Shown: piece by piece, positions 19,119 to 29,488 of the stretch | Layout of the letters: each line of letters opens with the position of its first letter | How positions within the stretch are numbered: position 1 is the first letter of the stretch | From: an uncultured virus (IMG/VR IMGVR_UViG_3300027763_000054) | Taxonomy: Duplodnaviria > Heunggongvirae > Uroviricota > Caudoviricetes | DNA length: 64,000 nucleotides | Strand: one strand, 5' to 3' | Virus record (IMG/VR): IMGVR_UViG_3300027763_000054 | Program-made: the position numbers and the translations under genes | Notes under the pieces: generated by a model | What the model was told of the DNA's origin: nothing | What the model saw: the letters and a program-made list of their open reading frames with translations, nothing else | The model's database searches: none

Positions 19119-20099
19119 TTATTCATCAAACTGAAATCCCAGTACGTCTACATTTCCACATTGTGCAACACAACCAAGCAATGGATTATTGCTCCATGTA
19201 TCTGCTATACTATTAAAATATCCTGAATCAAACACCTGTCTGACTGTAAGATGATTTAAATTAGGCAATGTGCCTATTTTATTCATATAATCAATCCTGT
19301 TTTTGTTTTCTGGTCGCTTCCAACTCCAATCAAACCAACAACACGGCCCAATGTGTCCATCTGCTGAAACATAAATTTGTTGTAAATTAACTGACTTGCA
19401 ATCTATTCTGCCAGGTTGTTTATTATTTTTAATCATATGCATGATTTTTTTACTTTTGCTACTTGGTTTTAATGTGTGAGTGCTTTTACCTTCCTCATTT
19501 AAAACAATAAAAACATCATCATAAAATCTAGAAGTGTGCTTAACTTGGAAGTCTGCAAAACCTATTGATGTGCTTAGTAATTTACATGCATCAATTTGAT
19601 GCTCGTTGTGCTCAAATACTATCATATGCCATTCAGCTTTTCCGCCTGCATTGATAAATGTAGTAGCATTATTAATAATTGTTTTCCAAGATGTATCTAC
19701 TCGATATAGATGATGAGTGTCTTCTAAGCCATCAATGCCAAAGATTACAGTTACATTTAATTTTGCTAATTCTTCCCACCATGCGTTTGACCTAGCACTA
19801 CCATTTGTATGCATGACCAGTGACATATTGTTATTTGTTTCTCTAATAAATTTAAAAACTTCCAGCGTATCTCGAGCAACAATTGGATCACCTAAATTAC
19901 CACACATGAAAAGTGTATGTAATTGTTTAATAAAATCCAATGGGAACCATTTTTTAAAAGTTTCAAGACTTATTTCGGAAAGGTTAAGATTGGGATTGAT
20001 AGGTCCACCATTAATCCGGCGTGGACACATAGGACACTTTGCCTGACAATTATTTGTAATCTCCAAGTGTACAGATCTAATGTCATTGAATTGATACAT
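19119..20099 (-). CDS. Radical SAM protein with SPASM/twitch-like C-terminal Cys cluster
   Basis: CQAKCPMC (CxxxCxxC), GNLGDP, HTNG, FGIDG; C-terminal C...PCCW...CVAQC. Confidence 0.9.
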   Translation of the reverse strand: MYQFNDIRSVHLEITNNCQAKCPMCPRRINGGPINPNLNLSEISLETFKKWFPLDFIKQLHTLFMCGNLGDPIVARDTLEVFKFIRETNNNMSLVMHTNGSARSNAWWEELAKLNVTVIFGIDGLEDTHHLYRVDTSWKTIINNATTFINAGGKAEWHMIVFEHNEHQIDACKLLSTSIGFADFQVKHTSRFYDDVFIVLNEEGKSTHTLKPSSKSKKIMHMIKNNKQPGRIDCKSVNLQQIYVSADGHIGPCCWFDWSWKRPENKNRIDYMNKIGTLPNLNHLTVRQVFDSGYFNSIADTWSNNPLLGCVAQCGNVDVLGFQFDE

Positions 20100-20289
20100 C
20101 CTATATTTACCTATGCTATAATACCAGACTCATTTTGCCAATTTGGCAAAAATTTCTTGATTTGGCTATTGCTTTTAGATAGCAAAGGTAAGTACAATAC
20201 AACACATGCAAAGACAATCTAAGCATGTGTTGTTTGGCTCACAAGAGACTAAAACACTAACATTGGCTAATATATAAAGGAAAAACATT

Positions 20290-21270
20290 ATGGCTTCATT
20301 AGCAGAAATCCGCGCTCGCTTAGCCGAGCAAGCACAAAAGTCTGGTTCATCAAATACCAGCACCGGTGATAACGCAATCTATGCACACTGGAACATTCCC
20401 GAAGGTTCATCAGCAACATTACGTTTCCTACCAGATGGAGATGAAAGCAATACTTTCTTCTGGAAAGAGCGTCAGATGATTCGCATTGAATTCCCTGGCG
20501 TCAAAGGTCAAGACGAATCTAAGAAAGTTACTGTACAAGTACCATGCGTTGAAATGTGGGGTGAGACTTGTCCAATCCACGCTCAAATACGCCCATGGTT
20601 CAAAGATCCAAACATGGAAACACTTGGACGCAAGTACTGGAAGAAACGCAGTTATGTATTCCAGGGCTTTGTTGTAAACAGCCCAATGGAAGAACAAACT
20701 ACACCGGAAAATCCAATCCGTCGTTTCATTATTAGCCCACAGATCTTTACATTGATCAAACAAGCATTGATGGATCCTGACATGGAAGAATTGCCAACGG
20801 ATTATATGCGTGGCACAGATTTCCGTCTTAATAAGACACAAAAAGGTGGCTATGCTGATTACAGCACCAGTGGATGGGCACGTAAAGAACGTGGCTTAAA
20901 TGAAGATGAGTTACAATCAATTGCACAGCACGGTTTGTTTAACTTAAACGACTTTATGCCTAAGCGTCCAGGCACCGATGAGCTTCGTGCTATTGTTGAG
21001 ATGTTTGAAGCATCAGTCGATGGTCAGTTGTATGATCCAGAAAAGTGGAGCAAGTTCTATCGCCCAAGTGGCGTTCAGATTGCTAACGCAACTGGTGCCG
21101 CTGCCGACGTTGATGAAGATACTTTAGTTGTATCTAAGCCAGCACCAACAGTACGTCCTGCTCCAACACCTGCACCACAAGTGACAACTACAGCCGCACC
21201 TGCCGCTGATGCAGGCGGTAAGCCTAGCGTTGACGACATCCTCAAGATGATTCGTAATCGTTCAAACTAA
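20290..21270 (+). CDS. Single-stranded DNA-binding protein (gp32-like)
   Basis: LRFLPDG, PC....GETCPI zinc site, GTDFRLNK..KGGYADY; lies upstream of uvsX. Confidence 0.8.
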   Translation: MASLAEIRARLAEQAQKSGSSNTSTGDNAIYAHWNIPEGSSATLRFLPDGDESNTFFWKERQMIRIEFPGVKGQDESKKVTVQVPCVEMWGETCPIHAQIRPWFKDPNMETLGRKYWKKRSYVFQGFVVNSPMEEQTTPENPIRRFIISPQIFTLIKQALMDPDMEELPTDYMRGTDFRLNKTQKGGYADYSTSGWARKERGLNEDELQSIAQHGLFNLNDFMPKRPGTDELRAIVEMFEASVDGQLYDPEKWSKFYRPSGVQIANATGAAADVDEDTLVVSKPAPTVRPAPTPAPQVTTTAAPAADAGGKPSVDDILKMIRNRSN

Positions 21271-21324
21271 TTGAACACCAAAGAGGGTAGTGATCTACCC
21301 CCTTTCATCTATAAGGATAATAAA

Positions 21325-22407
21325 ATGGCAAAAGCATTTGATGTCTCTAAATTTCGTAAGAGCATTACAAAGTCAATCGAAGGCCTAAGTGTAGGCTTTA
21401 ACGACCCAACTGATTGGGTTTCAACAAACAACTACGCACTAAACTATCTTATCTCTGGCGACTTTAACCGAGGTATTCCAATGGGTAAGGTTACTGTGTT
21501 TGCAGGTGAATCAGGTGCAGGCAAGAGTTTTATCTGTTCAGGTAACTTGGTCGCCAACGCACAAAAACAAGGCATTTATCCAATCTTAATTGATACAGAA
21601 AACGCACTTGATGAAAAGTGGCTACATGCATTGAATGTAGACACTAGTGAAGATAAGCTGTTAAAGCTTAACATGGCCATGATTGATGACGTTGCTAAGA
21701 TGATTAGCGAATTTGTTGCTCAATACAAGGCAATTCCAGAAGAGCAACGTCCTAAAGTGTTGTTTGTATTAGACTCACTAGGCATGTTGTTGACACCCAC
21801 TGATGTTAATCAGTTTAACGCAGGTGACATGAAGGGTGATATGGGTCGCAAGCCTAAAGCACTTACAGCACTTGTTCGTAATTGCGTTAACATGTTTGGC
21901 GACTTGAACTTGGGTCTTGTTGCTACCAATCACACATACGCTTCACAAGATATGTTTGACCCAGATGATAAAATCTCAGGTGGTCAGGGCTTTATCTATG
22001 CTAGCTCTATTGTTGTAGCTATGCGTAAGTTGAAGTTGAAAGAAGACGAAGATGGCAACAAGATTTCGGAAGTTAAGGGTATTCGTGCCGCATGTAAAAT
22101 CATGAAGACACGCTATGCCAAGCCATTTGAATCAGTCCAAGTTAAAATTCCGTATGAAACAGGCATGAACCCATATTCGGGATTGACTGATTTAATTGAA
22201 GGCAAAGGTATGTTAAAGAAAGAAGGCAACAGCTTGCTTTACACTACTGCCGACGGTGAAATTATCAAGAAGTTCCGTAAAGGTTGGGAACGAAATGATG
22301 ATGGTTGCTTGGATCGTGTAATGTCTGACATTACAACTAACCCACACATTTTTGACAAGAGTACTCCGCAAGAAGTTCCTGAATTAGAAACTGATTCAGC
22401 AGAGTAA
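21325..22407 (+). CDS. uvsX: RecA-like recombinase
   Basis: FAGESGAGKS Walker A, IDTENA, VLDSLG, ATNHTY, SGGQG.IYASS. Confidence 0.92.
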   Translation: MAKAFDVSKFRKSITKSIEGLSVGFNDPTDWVSTNNYALNYLISGDFNRGIPMGKVTVFAGESGAGKSFICSGNLVANAQKQGIYPILIDTENALDEKWLHALNVDTSEDKLLKLNMAMIDDVAKMISEFVAQYKAIPEEQRPKVLFVLDSLGMLLTPTDVNQFNAGDMKGDMGRKPKALTALVRNCVNMFGDLNLGLVATNHTYASQDMFDPDDKISGGQGFIYASSIVVAMRKLKLKEDEDGNKISEVKGIRAACKIMKTRYAKPFESVQVKIPYETGMNPYSGLTDLIEGKGMLKKEGNSLLYTTADGEIIKKFRKGWERNDDGCLDRVMSDITTNPHIFDKSTPQEVPELETDSAE

Positions 22408-22506
22408 TATGTCACAGGACCATAAAAATGGTTAGGCTTGCAGGGTGTTAGGATTATAGGTCAGCGCACCCTGCACTGTGCTTGCAATTTTCTGTTATAA
22501 TACACT

Positions 22507-22962
22507 ATGATTAAAAAACTAATGCAACGGCTAGGCCGCCACAGAGTTATTTTAGACAGGCAGAGCAATGAACCTTTGTTGGAACGCTATTATGTGTTTC
22601 TTAAAGATCGCAAGTGGTTTCCATTTAACATCTTTGTTCATAAGTTTCTTAAAAGCGATCCTGACGATGTTCATGATCATCCGTGGCCGTATGCCACATT
22701 AATTTTAAAAGGTGGATACTATGAATGGATTCCTCAATTTGACAAACAAGGCCACAAATTCACTGAAATTGCTGTATGGCGAGGACCCGGCAGTTTTCGT
22801 GTATGTGGCGCTACTAGCTATCATCGTATTGAGCTTGATCCTAACGTAGAGTGTTGGACCATGTTTATGCCAGGCCCGCAAAAACGTGAATGGGGATTCT
22901 TAGTTAAAAACAAATGGATTCATAATGATGAATATCTTGCTCAAATGGCAAAACAAAAATAA
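22507..22962 (+). CDS. Cupin-fold protein
   Basis: HDHPW...GGYYE...YHRIEL metal-binding cupin pattern. Confidence 0.65.
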   Translation: MIKKLMQRLGRHRVILDRQSNEPLLERYYVFLKDRKWFPFNIFVHKFLKSDPDDVHDHPWPYATLILKGGYYEWIPQFDKQGHKFTEIAVWRGPGSFRVCGATSYHRIELDPNVECWTMFMPGPQKREWGFLVKNKWIHNDEYLAQMAKQK

Positions 22963-23008
22963 CTAATCGAATAAGTATCGCAGTCAGCAATTGACTAATG
23001 GAGATTAT

Positions 23009-23251
23009 ATGATAATGAATGATTCTGGAGAAATGCTAGCCCAAATGTGGTTAGCTCTTAAACCTTACATTGATAAAAAAGAACGAGCTGATGCCGCACT
23101 TGGTTTTTTACGTGCCGCAGAAGACTTTCTCGACTTAGAAGGTGCTAGAGAAAATGCAGATGGTCTTGACAGTGTACTTGACAGTGCCTTTGCTGAGATT
23201 CTAGGCGAGGAATTTGATGAGGATGAAGACTACGATAGCGAGGATTATTAA
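23009..23251 (+). CDS. Small acidic hypothetical protein
   Basis: GGAG RBS; coupled to the uvsY-like gene. Confidence 0.7.
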   Translation: MIMNDSGEMLAQMWLALKPYIDKKERADAALGFLRAAEDFLDLEGARENADGLDSVLDSAFAEILGEEFDEDEDYDSEDY

Positions 23252-23712
23252 TGAGCAGTTGGTTTGGCAAGATAAAGGGCGATCTCAGTCACTTGCCCGA
23301 CTGCATAGCTTATTTTGACACAGAGCTAATTGAAGCTCGCCGAGAATTAAAGATGGAAGGTAGTCTAGAACGTGCCAGCAGAGAAATGCCTGGCATTGTT
23401 GAGTATCGTTTTAATCAATTGCAAGAAATTGAAGCAATACTAGAACACTTGAACATTAAAATGCGTGAATTGCGTAGTTTAAAGTTTAGACAATACACTG
23501 AGCACTACAATCGCACACTAAGTTCTAGAGATGCAGAAAAGTATGCTGATGGTGATCCAGATGTAGTCACAATGGATTACCTTGTAAATGAGTTTGCACT
23601 CATTCGCAATAAGTTTATTGGCCTGTCTAAGGCAATTGACAGTAAGCAATTCCAAATAAACAATGTGACCAAGCTTCGTGTCGCAGGCATGGAAGACGCA
23701 GACTTACGTTAA
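23251..23712 (+). CDS. uvsY: Recombination mediator (UvsY-like)
   Basis: Helical 153 aa; AEKYADGD and KQFQINN...LRVAG C-terminal pattern; position between uvsX and uvsW. Confidence 0.7.
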   Translation: MSSWFGKIKGDLSHLPDCIAYFDTELIEARRELKMEGSLERASREMPGIVEYRFNQLQEIEAILEHLNIKMRELRSLKFRQYTEHYNRTLSSRDAEKYADGDPDVVTMDYLVNEFALIRNKFIGLSKAIDSKQFQINNVTKLRVAGMEDADLR

Positions 23713-23743
23713 TTTGCTTAAAAAATAGACAATTTTTAGTTTT

Positions 23744-23908
23744 TGTTGCAAAAAAACTACAAAAAGTGGCAAAAAGTGTTTGACATTAGGCCCAAAACCG
23801 CTTACAATACATACATAGACAGTAAAAAGAGGGCAAAACAACCCGTGTTGTGTAAAAGCAACATAGCAAAAAAAAGAGGTTGCTAAATGTCACTAAATCG
23901 CATATAAT
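23744..23908 (+). promoter_or_regulatory. Two tandem sigma70 promoters, each preceded by a TGTTG-N8-C(T/A)ACA palindrome
   Basis: TTGACA(23780)-17-TACAAT and TTGCTA(23880)-17-TATAAT; palindromes at 23744-23761 and 23846-23863. Confidence 0.7.
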
Positions 23909-23947
23909 AGAGTTATTGTTTAATCATTCCACGCAAAGGAAACTAAA

Positions 23948-25006
23948 ATGTCAGCATACATTACTATCAAGAACGGTACATACCGTAATTTCAACATTAA
24001 CAACCAGACATTCCAACTTGTTGCCGACTATAAAGAAGGCAACAAAGGCGGATATGTTACGGTCCTTGCAGACGAATCGCTTGGCGAGTTTGCAGGACGG
24101 GAAGTTCGTGTTAAAGTACAATCCATGAGAGATGTTGAACCAGCTAGTGCCGCAGATTGCGCTACTACCAGCATTGAGGCAAATTACGAAACCCCCAAGA
24201 AAAAGGAGTCTAAAGTGCAGGAAACTGACGAGCAGGCTATTGAGCGTATTCGCGAGCGTTTTGATATTCTGGAAGAAATGACAGAAGGTGCAGTAGACGG
24301 TACCGTCCGTGCTATGATTGTTGTTGGCCCTCCAGGTGTAGGTAAAAGCTTTGGGGTTGAAAAGGTGCTTGACAAGAGCGCCATGTTTGACAAGATTGGT
24401 GGACGCCGTCCACGTTATGAAGTTGTTAAAGGTGCAATGTCGGCTATTGGTCTGTATTGCAAGCTCTACAATTACAGTGGTGAAGGTAACGTTCTTGTGT
24501 TTGACGACTGTGACAGCGTTTTGCTTGACGAGTTGTCACTTAATATTTTGAAAGCCGCTTTGGACAGTTCTAAGAAGCGTACAATTTGCTGGAACACTGA
24601 TAGCCGTATGTTGCGTTCAGAGGGTGTACCAGATCGCTTTGAGTTCAAGGGCTCTGCTATCTTTATCACTAACATTAAATTTGAGCACGTTAAGAGTGCT
24701 AAGTTGAAGGATCACTTGGGTGCGTTGGAATCACGCTGTCACTATCTAGACTTGACACTTGACACCACACGTGACAAGATGTTGCGTATCAAACAGATTA
24801 TGATGGATGGTATGTTGGACCACTACGAGTTTGAGGAAGGTGCCAAGCAAGAATTGTACGAGTATGTGGATGCCAACAAAGACAAATTGCGTGAGCTGTC
24901 TTTGCGTACAGTTATTAAGATTGCAGACTTGAAGAAGATGTGTGGCCCCGGCAACGACAAGTGGAAGCGTCTGGCAGAAACTACCGTGATGAAACGTGGT
25001 GCATAA
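23948..25006 (+). CDS. AAA+/P-loop ATPase (early)
   Basis: GPPGVGKS Walker A, VLVFDDCD Walker B, IFITN sensor, SRC arginine finger. Confidence 0.85.
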   Translation: MSAYITIKNGTYRNFNINNQTFQLVADYKEGNKGGYVTVLADESLGEFAGREVRVKVQSMRDVEPASAADCATTSIEANYETPKKKESKVQETDEQAIERIRERFDILEEMTEGAVDGTVRAMIVVGPPGVGKSFGVEKVLDKSAMFDKIGGRRPRYEVVKGAMSAIGLYCKLYNYSGEGNVLVFDDCDSVLLDELSLNILKAALDSSKKRTICWNTDSRMLRSEGVPDRFEFKGSAIFITNIKFEHVKSAKLKDHLGALESRCHYLDLTLDTTRDKMLRIKQIMMDGMLDHYEFEEGAKQELYEYVDANKDKLRELSLRTVIKIADLKKMCGPGNDKWKRLAETTVMKRGA

Positions 25007-25048
25007 AGTTACCGACAGCTGACTATTTGCGTGGAATGTAGTCGGTGG

Positions 25049-25077
25049 GAAAGGGTTCTTAGGAACCCTTTCTTTTT
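25049..25077 (+). terminator. Intrinsic terminator
   Basis: GAAAGGGTTC-TTAG-GAACCCTTTC-TTTTT. Confidence 0.85.
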
Positions 25078-25212
25078 GGCCAAAATATATTTTTAGGCCA
25101 GTCAAAAAAACTGGTGGTTTTTAGATAAGTATACGTAACCCCCACTATCAGTTTCTCCGCTTTGCATTGTTATGACTATACATTGCCAGCGGAGTATGTT
25201 ATTATAGATACT

Positions 25213-26670
25213 ATGCCAGGAATAACAAGACTAGAAATTAAAGACGAAGTAAACATTAAGTTCCATGACCTGGATCCTAGTACACGACGTCGTTGCGAAG
25301 CCAAGTTAAAGTACCAATTGCCATATGCGTATCACGTACCGGCTTTTCGCTTAGGCAGGTGGGATGGTAAGATTGGATTCTTTACCACAGCAGGCGCCAC
25401 CTATATTAATTTACTAGATAGAGTATTGCCTATCTTAGATGAGGAAGGCTGGCAAATTGAAATTGATGATCAAAGACAGTCGCATAATCTTAATTTTACA
25501 GAAGTTACCGAGGATACGTTTAGTCACATACTTTGGCCTAAAGGACACCCTGCAGAAGGACAACCTATTAAGATTAGGGACTACCAAGTAGAGTGTATTA
25601 ACCGTTATCTTGCTAACCCGCACGGCGTCCAGGAAATTGCTACAGGTGCTGGTAAGACGCTAATGACAGCGTCTATGAGCTTGTGTTGCGAACCGTTTGG
25701 TCGTACGCTTGTTATTGTGCCAAACAAAGATTTGGTTCGTCAAACACATGCTGACTATGTTAACATGGGATTAGATGTTGGTGTATACTTTGGAGATGAG
25801 AAAGACCTTGGACATACACATACCATTGCTACATGGCAAAGTATTAACACACTTATCAAACGTAGTAAAGAAGGTCTAAGTGAAATAGGCATTGAAGCAA
25901 TTGTAGATGATCTTATTGCTGTTATCGTTGATGAAGTACACATGGCCAAAGCAGATGTGTTGCGTACAATGTTAACAGGCCCTTTTGCACACATCCCAAT
26001 CCGTTGGGGGCTAACTGGTACAGTTCCAAAAGAAGAACACGAGTACATTAGTTTGTTAGCAAGCTTGGGTCCTGTGTTGCATAGACTTCAAGCAAGCGAA
26101 TTACAAGACATAGGTGTATTGTCACAGTGCCATGTTAAGGTATTACAGTTTGATGATAAGGTAGAATATAAAACTTACCAAGAGGAACTAACTTACCTAA
26201 CGTCTAATGAAAAGCGAATAGACGAACTTGCAAGAACAATAGATGCAATTAGCAAAACAGGTAACACTCTTGTCTTAGTTGACCGCATTGCTTCTGGCAA
26301 GATGCTAGTTGAACGATTGCCAGATAGCGTATTTGTCAGTGGGGCAATGAAAAGCAAAGATAGAAAAGACGAATACGACGAAATTACAACAGCTGATAAT
26401 AAGATTATTGTGGCCACCTATGGTGTGGCCGCTGTGGGTATTAATATCCCTAGAATTTTTAATCTGGTTCTTGTGGAACCCGGAAAAAGTTTTGTCCGTG
26501 TTATTCAAAGTATTGGGCGTGGCATAAGAAAAGCGCAAGACAAAGATTTTGTCCAGATTTGGGACATAACGAGTACAGCAAAGTTTGCTAAACGGCACCT
26601 AGCCAAACGCAAGAAGTTTTACGAAGAAGCAAACTATCCATACCAAACAGAAAAGGTAAATTTTAAATGA
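25213..26670 (+). CDS. uvsW: SF2 DNA helicase (UvsW-like)
   Basis: RDYQ, ATGAGKT, DEVH, GLTGT, QSIGRGIR. Confidence 0.9.
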   Translation: MPGITRLEIKDEVNIKFHDLDPSTRRRCEAKLKYQLPYAYHVPAFRLGRWDGKIGFFTTAGATYINLLDRVLPILDEEGWQIEIDDQRQSHNLNFTEVTEDTFSHILWPKGHPAEGQPIKIRDYQVECINRYLANPHGVQEIATGAGKTLMTASMSLCCEPFGRTLVIVPNKDLVRQTHADYVNMGLDVGVYFGDEKDLGHTHTIATWQSINTLIKRSKEGLSEIGIEAIVDDLIAVIVDEVHMAKADVLRTMLTGPFAHIPIRWGLTGTVPKEEHEYISLLASLGPVLHRLQASELQDIGVLSQCHVKVLQFDDKVEYKTYQEELTYLTSNEKRIDELARTIDAISKTGNTLVLVDRIASGKMLVERLPDSVFVSGAMKSKDRKDEYDEITTADNKIIVATYGVAAVGINIPRIFNLVLVEPGKSFVRVIQSIGRGIRKAQDKDFVQIWDITSTAKFAKRHLAKRKKFYEEANYPYQTEKVNFK

Positions 26671-27173
26671 ACATTTTAACAGTAAACAATCACACATACG
26701 ACTTAGACAAGTTGCCTGATGAGATTAACGAAGATCTAAGATATGGAGTATTGGATTACAGCAACCCAGCTGATGTGGACTATATGTTTGTTCCATTGGT
26801 CTTTCTTGAAAGCTTCTCTTGCCCTGCGGCCGTATTACGAATAGGCAATTATGAATTAAAGGTGCCACTTGATTGGTCTATTATCATTGGTGAAGCTGAT
26901 CACGGTGAGCCAGAAGTTATTAATGTAATGAGTTTGAATGACCGTGGCTTCAGCGCCTTTGTGTTTAATCCCATCAACGGATACAAACCAGAGTGGCAAA
27001 AGGTTGAGGTTATCAATGTTTATCAAGAAGTCAAATGGTATGTGCCAAAGTTAAAGTTTGGTCATGTGTTGGCCGTTCCGTTAGAAAAATCCAGTGCACC
27101 AATGTGTGCGTTCTTTCTCAAAGAGACAAACAAAATTCCAGAAGTACTTGACTTAAACAAAATTTGGTTTTAA
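26667..27173 (+). CDS. Hypothetical protein
   Basis: 168-aa ORF with ATGA overlap to uvsW. Confidence 0.75.
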   Translation: MNILTVNNHTYDLDKLPDEINEDLRYGVLDYSNPADVDYMFVPLVFLESFSCPAAVLRIGNYELKVPLDWSIIIGEADHGEPEVINVMSLNDRGFSAFVFNPINGYKPEWQKVEVINVYQEVKWYVPKLKFGHVLAVPLEKSSAPMCAFFLKETNKIPEVLDLNKIWF

Positions 27174-27182
27174 AATAGTAGC

Positions 27183-27674
27183 ATGGCCACTAAGAAAAAG
27201 ACAACTACAAGTGCCGCTTACAAGTTACCAATTGAGCAGGTAATGTCAGCAATTGACCTACGCAAGGGCAATTACTATGACAACCTTGTTGATGAAGACA
27301 AGAAGGCCCTAAGTACATACATGGTACAACGTTGGGCCAGTCAGGTGCAAGGTTCTTTGGAAATCCAAGAGCACTACTTGATAACAATTAACGAACTGTC
27401 AAACATTGACTATATTTCTACTACTAGTAAGCATGAAGAAATGCGTTGGCGAGTTATGGCACTAGTTGGCCTTGGCCAAAAACTAAGACATGACTTTATC
27501 CCTCCCAGGGGTGCAAAAAAGGACAAACTAAGTGCATGGTTAATTGAACAATTCCCTAACTTAAATGATGATGAGATGGAACTGTTTAGAACAATTAATG
27601 AAGTAGAAGTGTTTGAAGAAATAGCCCAAGCCAAAAACTTGGGAGAAAAACAAATTAAGGATTTGTTTAAATAA
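27183..27674 (+). CDS. Hypothetical protein
   Basis: 163-aa ORF in the replication operon. Confidence 0.7.
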   Translation: MATKKKTTTSAAYKLPIEQVMSAIDLRKGNYYDNLVDEDKKALSTYMVQRWASQVQGSLEIQEHYLITINELSNIDYISTTSKHEEMRWRVMALVGLGQKLRHDFIPPRGAKKDKLSAWLIEQFPNLNDDEMELFRTINEVEVFEEIAQAKNLGEKQIKDLFK

Positions 27675-27675
27675 T

Positions 27676-28368
27676 ATGGCAACAGATTATCAGTGCCGTT
27701 TCTGTAACAAGAGTTTTACCAGAGAACGAACATTAAGTAGCCACATGTGTGAGAAAAGACACAGGTGGATGACTAAAGATGATTCTTCGAGTAGAATTGC
27801 TTTTAGTGTTTGGACTTCTTTTATGAAGTATGTGAGTCCAAACTCAAAGAAAGAAAAAACTGTTGATGATTTTATCAGGAGTCCAGACTATACCAGCTTT
27901 GTTAAATTTGCAAACTATCTAATTGACCTTAGGCCTGTTGATAGTGATAAGTTTATACAATGGTTATTTAAAATGGGTGTTAGGTTAAGTGATTGGCAAC
28001 GCCCTGGCACATATCAATTGTATATACAAGAAAGTTCTAAATTAGAAACTCCCGAACGAGCTCTAGAAAGAACTATACTTATCATGAAAGAGTGGAGTGA
28101 AAATACAGGAGAAAATTGGACAAATTTTTTCCGTAAGATTGCGCCATCAACAGCAATGAACTTGGTTGTATTGGGTAGACTAAGTCCTTGGATAATTTAT
28201 TCAGTGGATGCCGCACAACAAATGCTTGATAGACTAGAACCTGGTCAAATTGAAGCTATTGCTAAACATATGGACACAGAATGGTGGATAAAAAAAATAC
28301 AAAAAAATCAACAAGAGCGGGATTGGATAAACACAACTATGATGCTGGCGCTAGATTCATCTTCCTAG
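27676..28368 (+). CDS. Hypothetical protein with N-terminal zinc finger
   Basis: YQCRFCNKSFTRERTLSSHMC (C2H-C type). Confidence 0.75.
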   Translation: MATDYQCRFCNKSFTRERTLSSHMCEKRHRWMTKDDSSSRIAFSVWTSFMKYVSPNSKKEKTVDDFIRSPDYTSFVKFANYLIDLRPVDSDKFIQWLFKMGVRLSDWQRPGTYQLYIQESSKLETPERALERTILIMKEWSENTGENWTNFFRKIAPSTAMNLVVLGRLSPWIIYSVDAAQQMLDRLEPGQIEAIAKHMDTEWWIKKIQKNQQERDWINTTMMLALDSSS

Positions 28369-28467
28369 AAGAAAGGATAGAACAGTTCATTGATATTATT
28401 CATGTACTATCTAAAGATATGGAAGAAATGAAACAACAACAACAGGCAATTATTGAACTGGTTAAAA

Positions 28468-29067
28468 ATGCTAAAGAAAAATAATTTACCTGACGTTGAT
28501 ATTGACTTTGCTAACAGGGAAGATATCCTACGACTATTGCCACACGTACCAGCAATGCAAGTAATGAATACTGGCCAAAAGCAAAAGCACAAGACTGGTG
28601 TATACTTCCATCCAATCCCAACTGATCCATTCACAGGATGGGCCAACATTGACTACCAGTCAGCTGAACAACAAGGCTACTTTAAAGTTGACTTGCTTAA
28701 TGTAAGTCTATACCAACAAGTTAAAAGCAAAGAACACTTGGATGCTCTTGCCGCCCAAGAACCAATTTGGGACTTACTCCAGATAAATGATTTTGTAGAC
28801 ATGCTGTTCCATCTTAAAGGACACACAGAAGTCTTAAAGAAAACATGTCCACAGTCAGTTGAACAACTGGCCGCAGTATTGGCAATGATTCGACCTGCTA
28901 AGCGTTATCTAATTGGCAAACCTTGGAGCACAATCATGAATGAAGTTTGGACAAAGCCAGAATCTGATGAGTATTATTTTAAGAAGAGTCACGCAACAGC
29001 GTATGCTGTGGCCATTGTTGCTCAGATGAATTTAATCTGCGAACAGATCAGTTACGGATATAGTTAA
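28468..29067 (+). CDS. Miniature DnaE (family C polymerase catalytic-core)-like protein
   Basis: PDVDIDF, KHKTGVY, GYFKVDLLN, LAMIRP and YYFKKSHATAYA match Pol III alpha motifs in order within 199 aa. Confidence 0.8.
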   Translation: MLKKNNLPDVDIDFANREDILRLLPHVPAMQVMNTGQKQKHKTGVYFHPIPTDPFTGWANIDYQSAEQQGYFKVDLLNVSLYQQVKSKEHLDALAAQEPIWDLLQINDFVDMLFHLKGHTEVLKKTCPQSVEQLAAVLAMIRPAKRYLIGKPWSTIMNEVWTKPESDEYYFKKSHATAYAVAIVAQMNLICEQISYGYS

Positions 29068-29438
29068 TCCATTTTACGAACAAGACTAATTTGTCTGCGT
29101 TTTGTTCGTTTTGTAATAATGTTGGTAAGACTTGTTTGATGTCCATATAGAACTTCAAAATCTTTGGTTGAGAATGTTTTTAGTGTGTAGGTAAATCTAC
29201 GCATTGGTTCTTTTAGAACAATGTTAATTGGAATTAGTCTATTACTACCCCACCACCATTCAGCACCAGCTTCGACAAAATTCAATTTGTCTTCATCATC
29301 TTTTAAGAGGTTGTAGATGTACATAGTGACCACTATTGTATCACTATTTTGTATAATTCCTACTAATTCTTGGTTACCATAACGCACCAAACTCATAAAA
29401 GGGAAGCGTTCTAGAAACTCTTTAATCTTGTTATCCAT
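29064..29438 (-). CDS. Hypothetical protein
   Basis: ORF starting MDNKIKEFL with WWW motif; TAAGTA upstream on the minus strand. Confidence 0.7.
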   Translation of the reverse strand: MDNKIKEFLERFPFMSLVRYGNQELVGIIQNSDTIVVTMYIYNLLKDDEDKLNFVEAGAEWWWGSNRLIPINIVLKEPMRRFTYTLKTFSTKDFEVLYGHQTSLTNIITKRTKRRQISLVRKMD

Positions 29439-29488
29439 CTCAGTATTACTTAGCAAATTAAATTACCACTGTCCAGCTAAATAAGCTT

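Noticed and set aside
22439..22475. 9-bp stem TGCAGGGTG/CACCCTGCA after uvsX as a structured ncRNA
   Set aside because: Single hairpin with no further support; cannot be distinguished from a terminator or processing site.
28281..28484. 67-aa coiled-coil ORF upstream of mini-DnaE
   Set aside because: Overlaps the zinc-finger gene by 88 nt and its start is unclear; it may be real but is not supported well enough to list.
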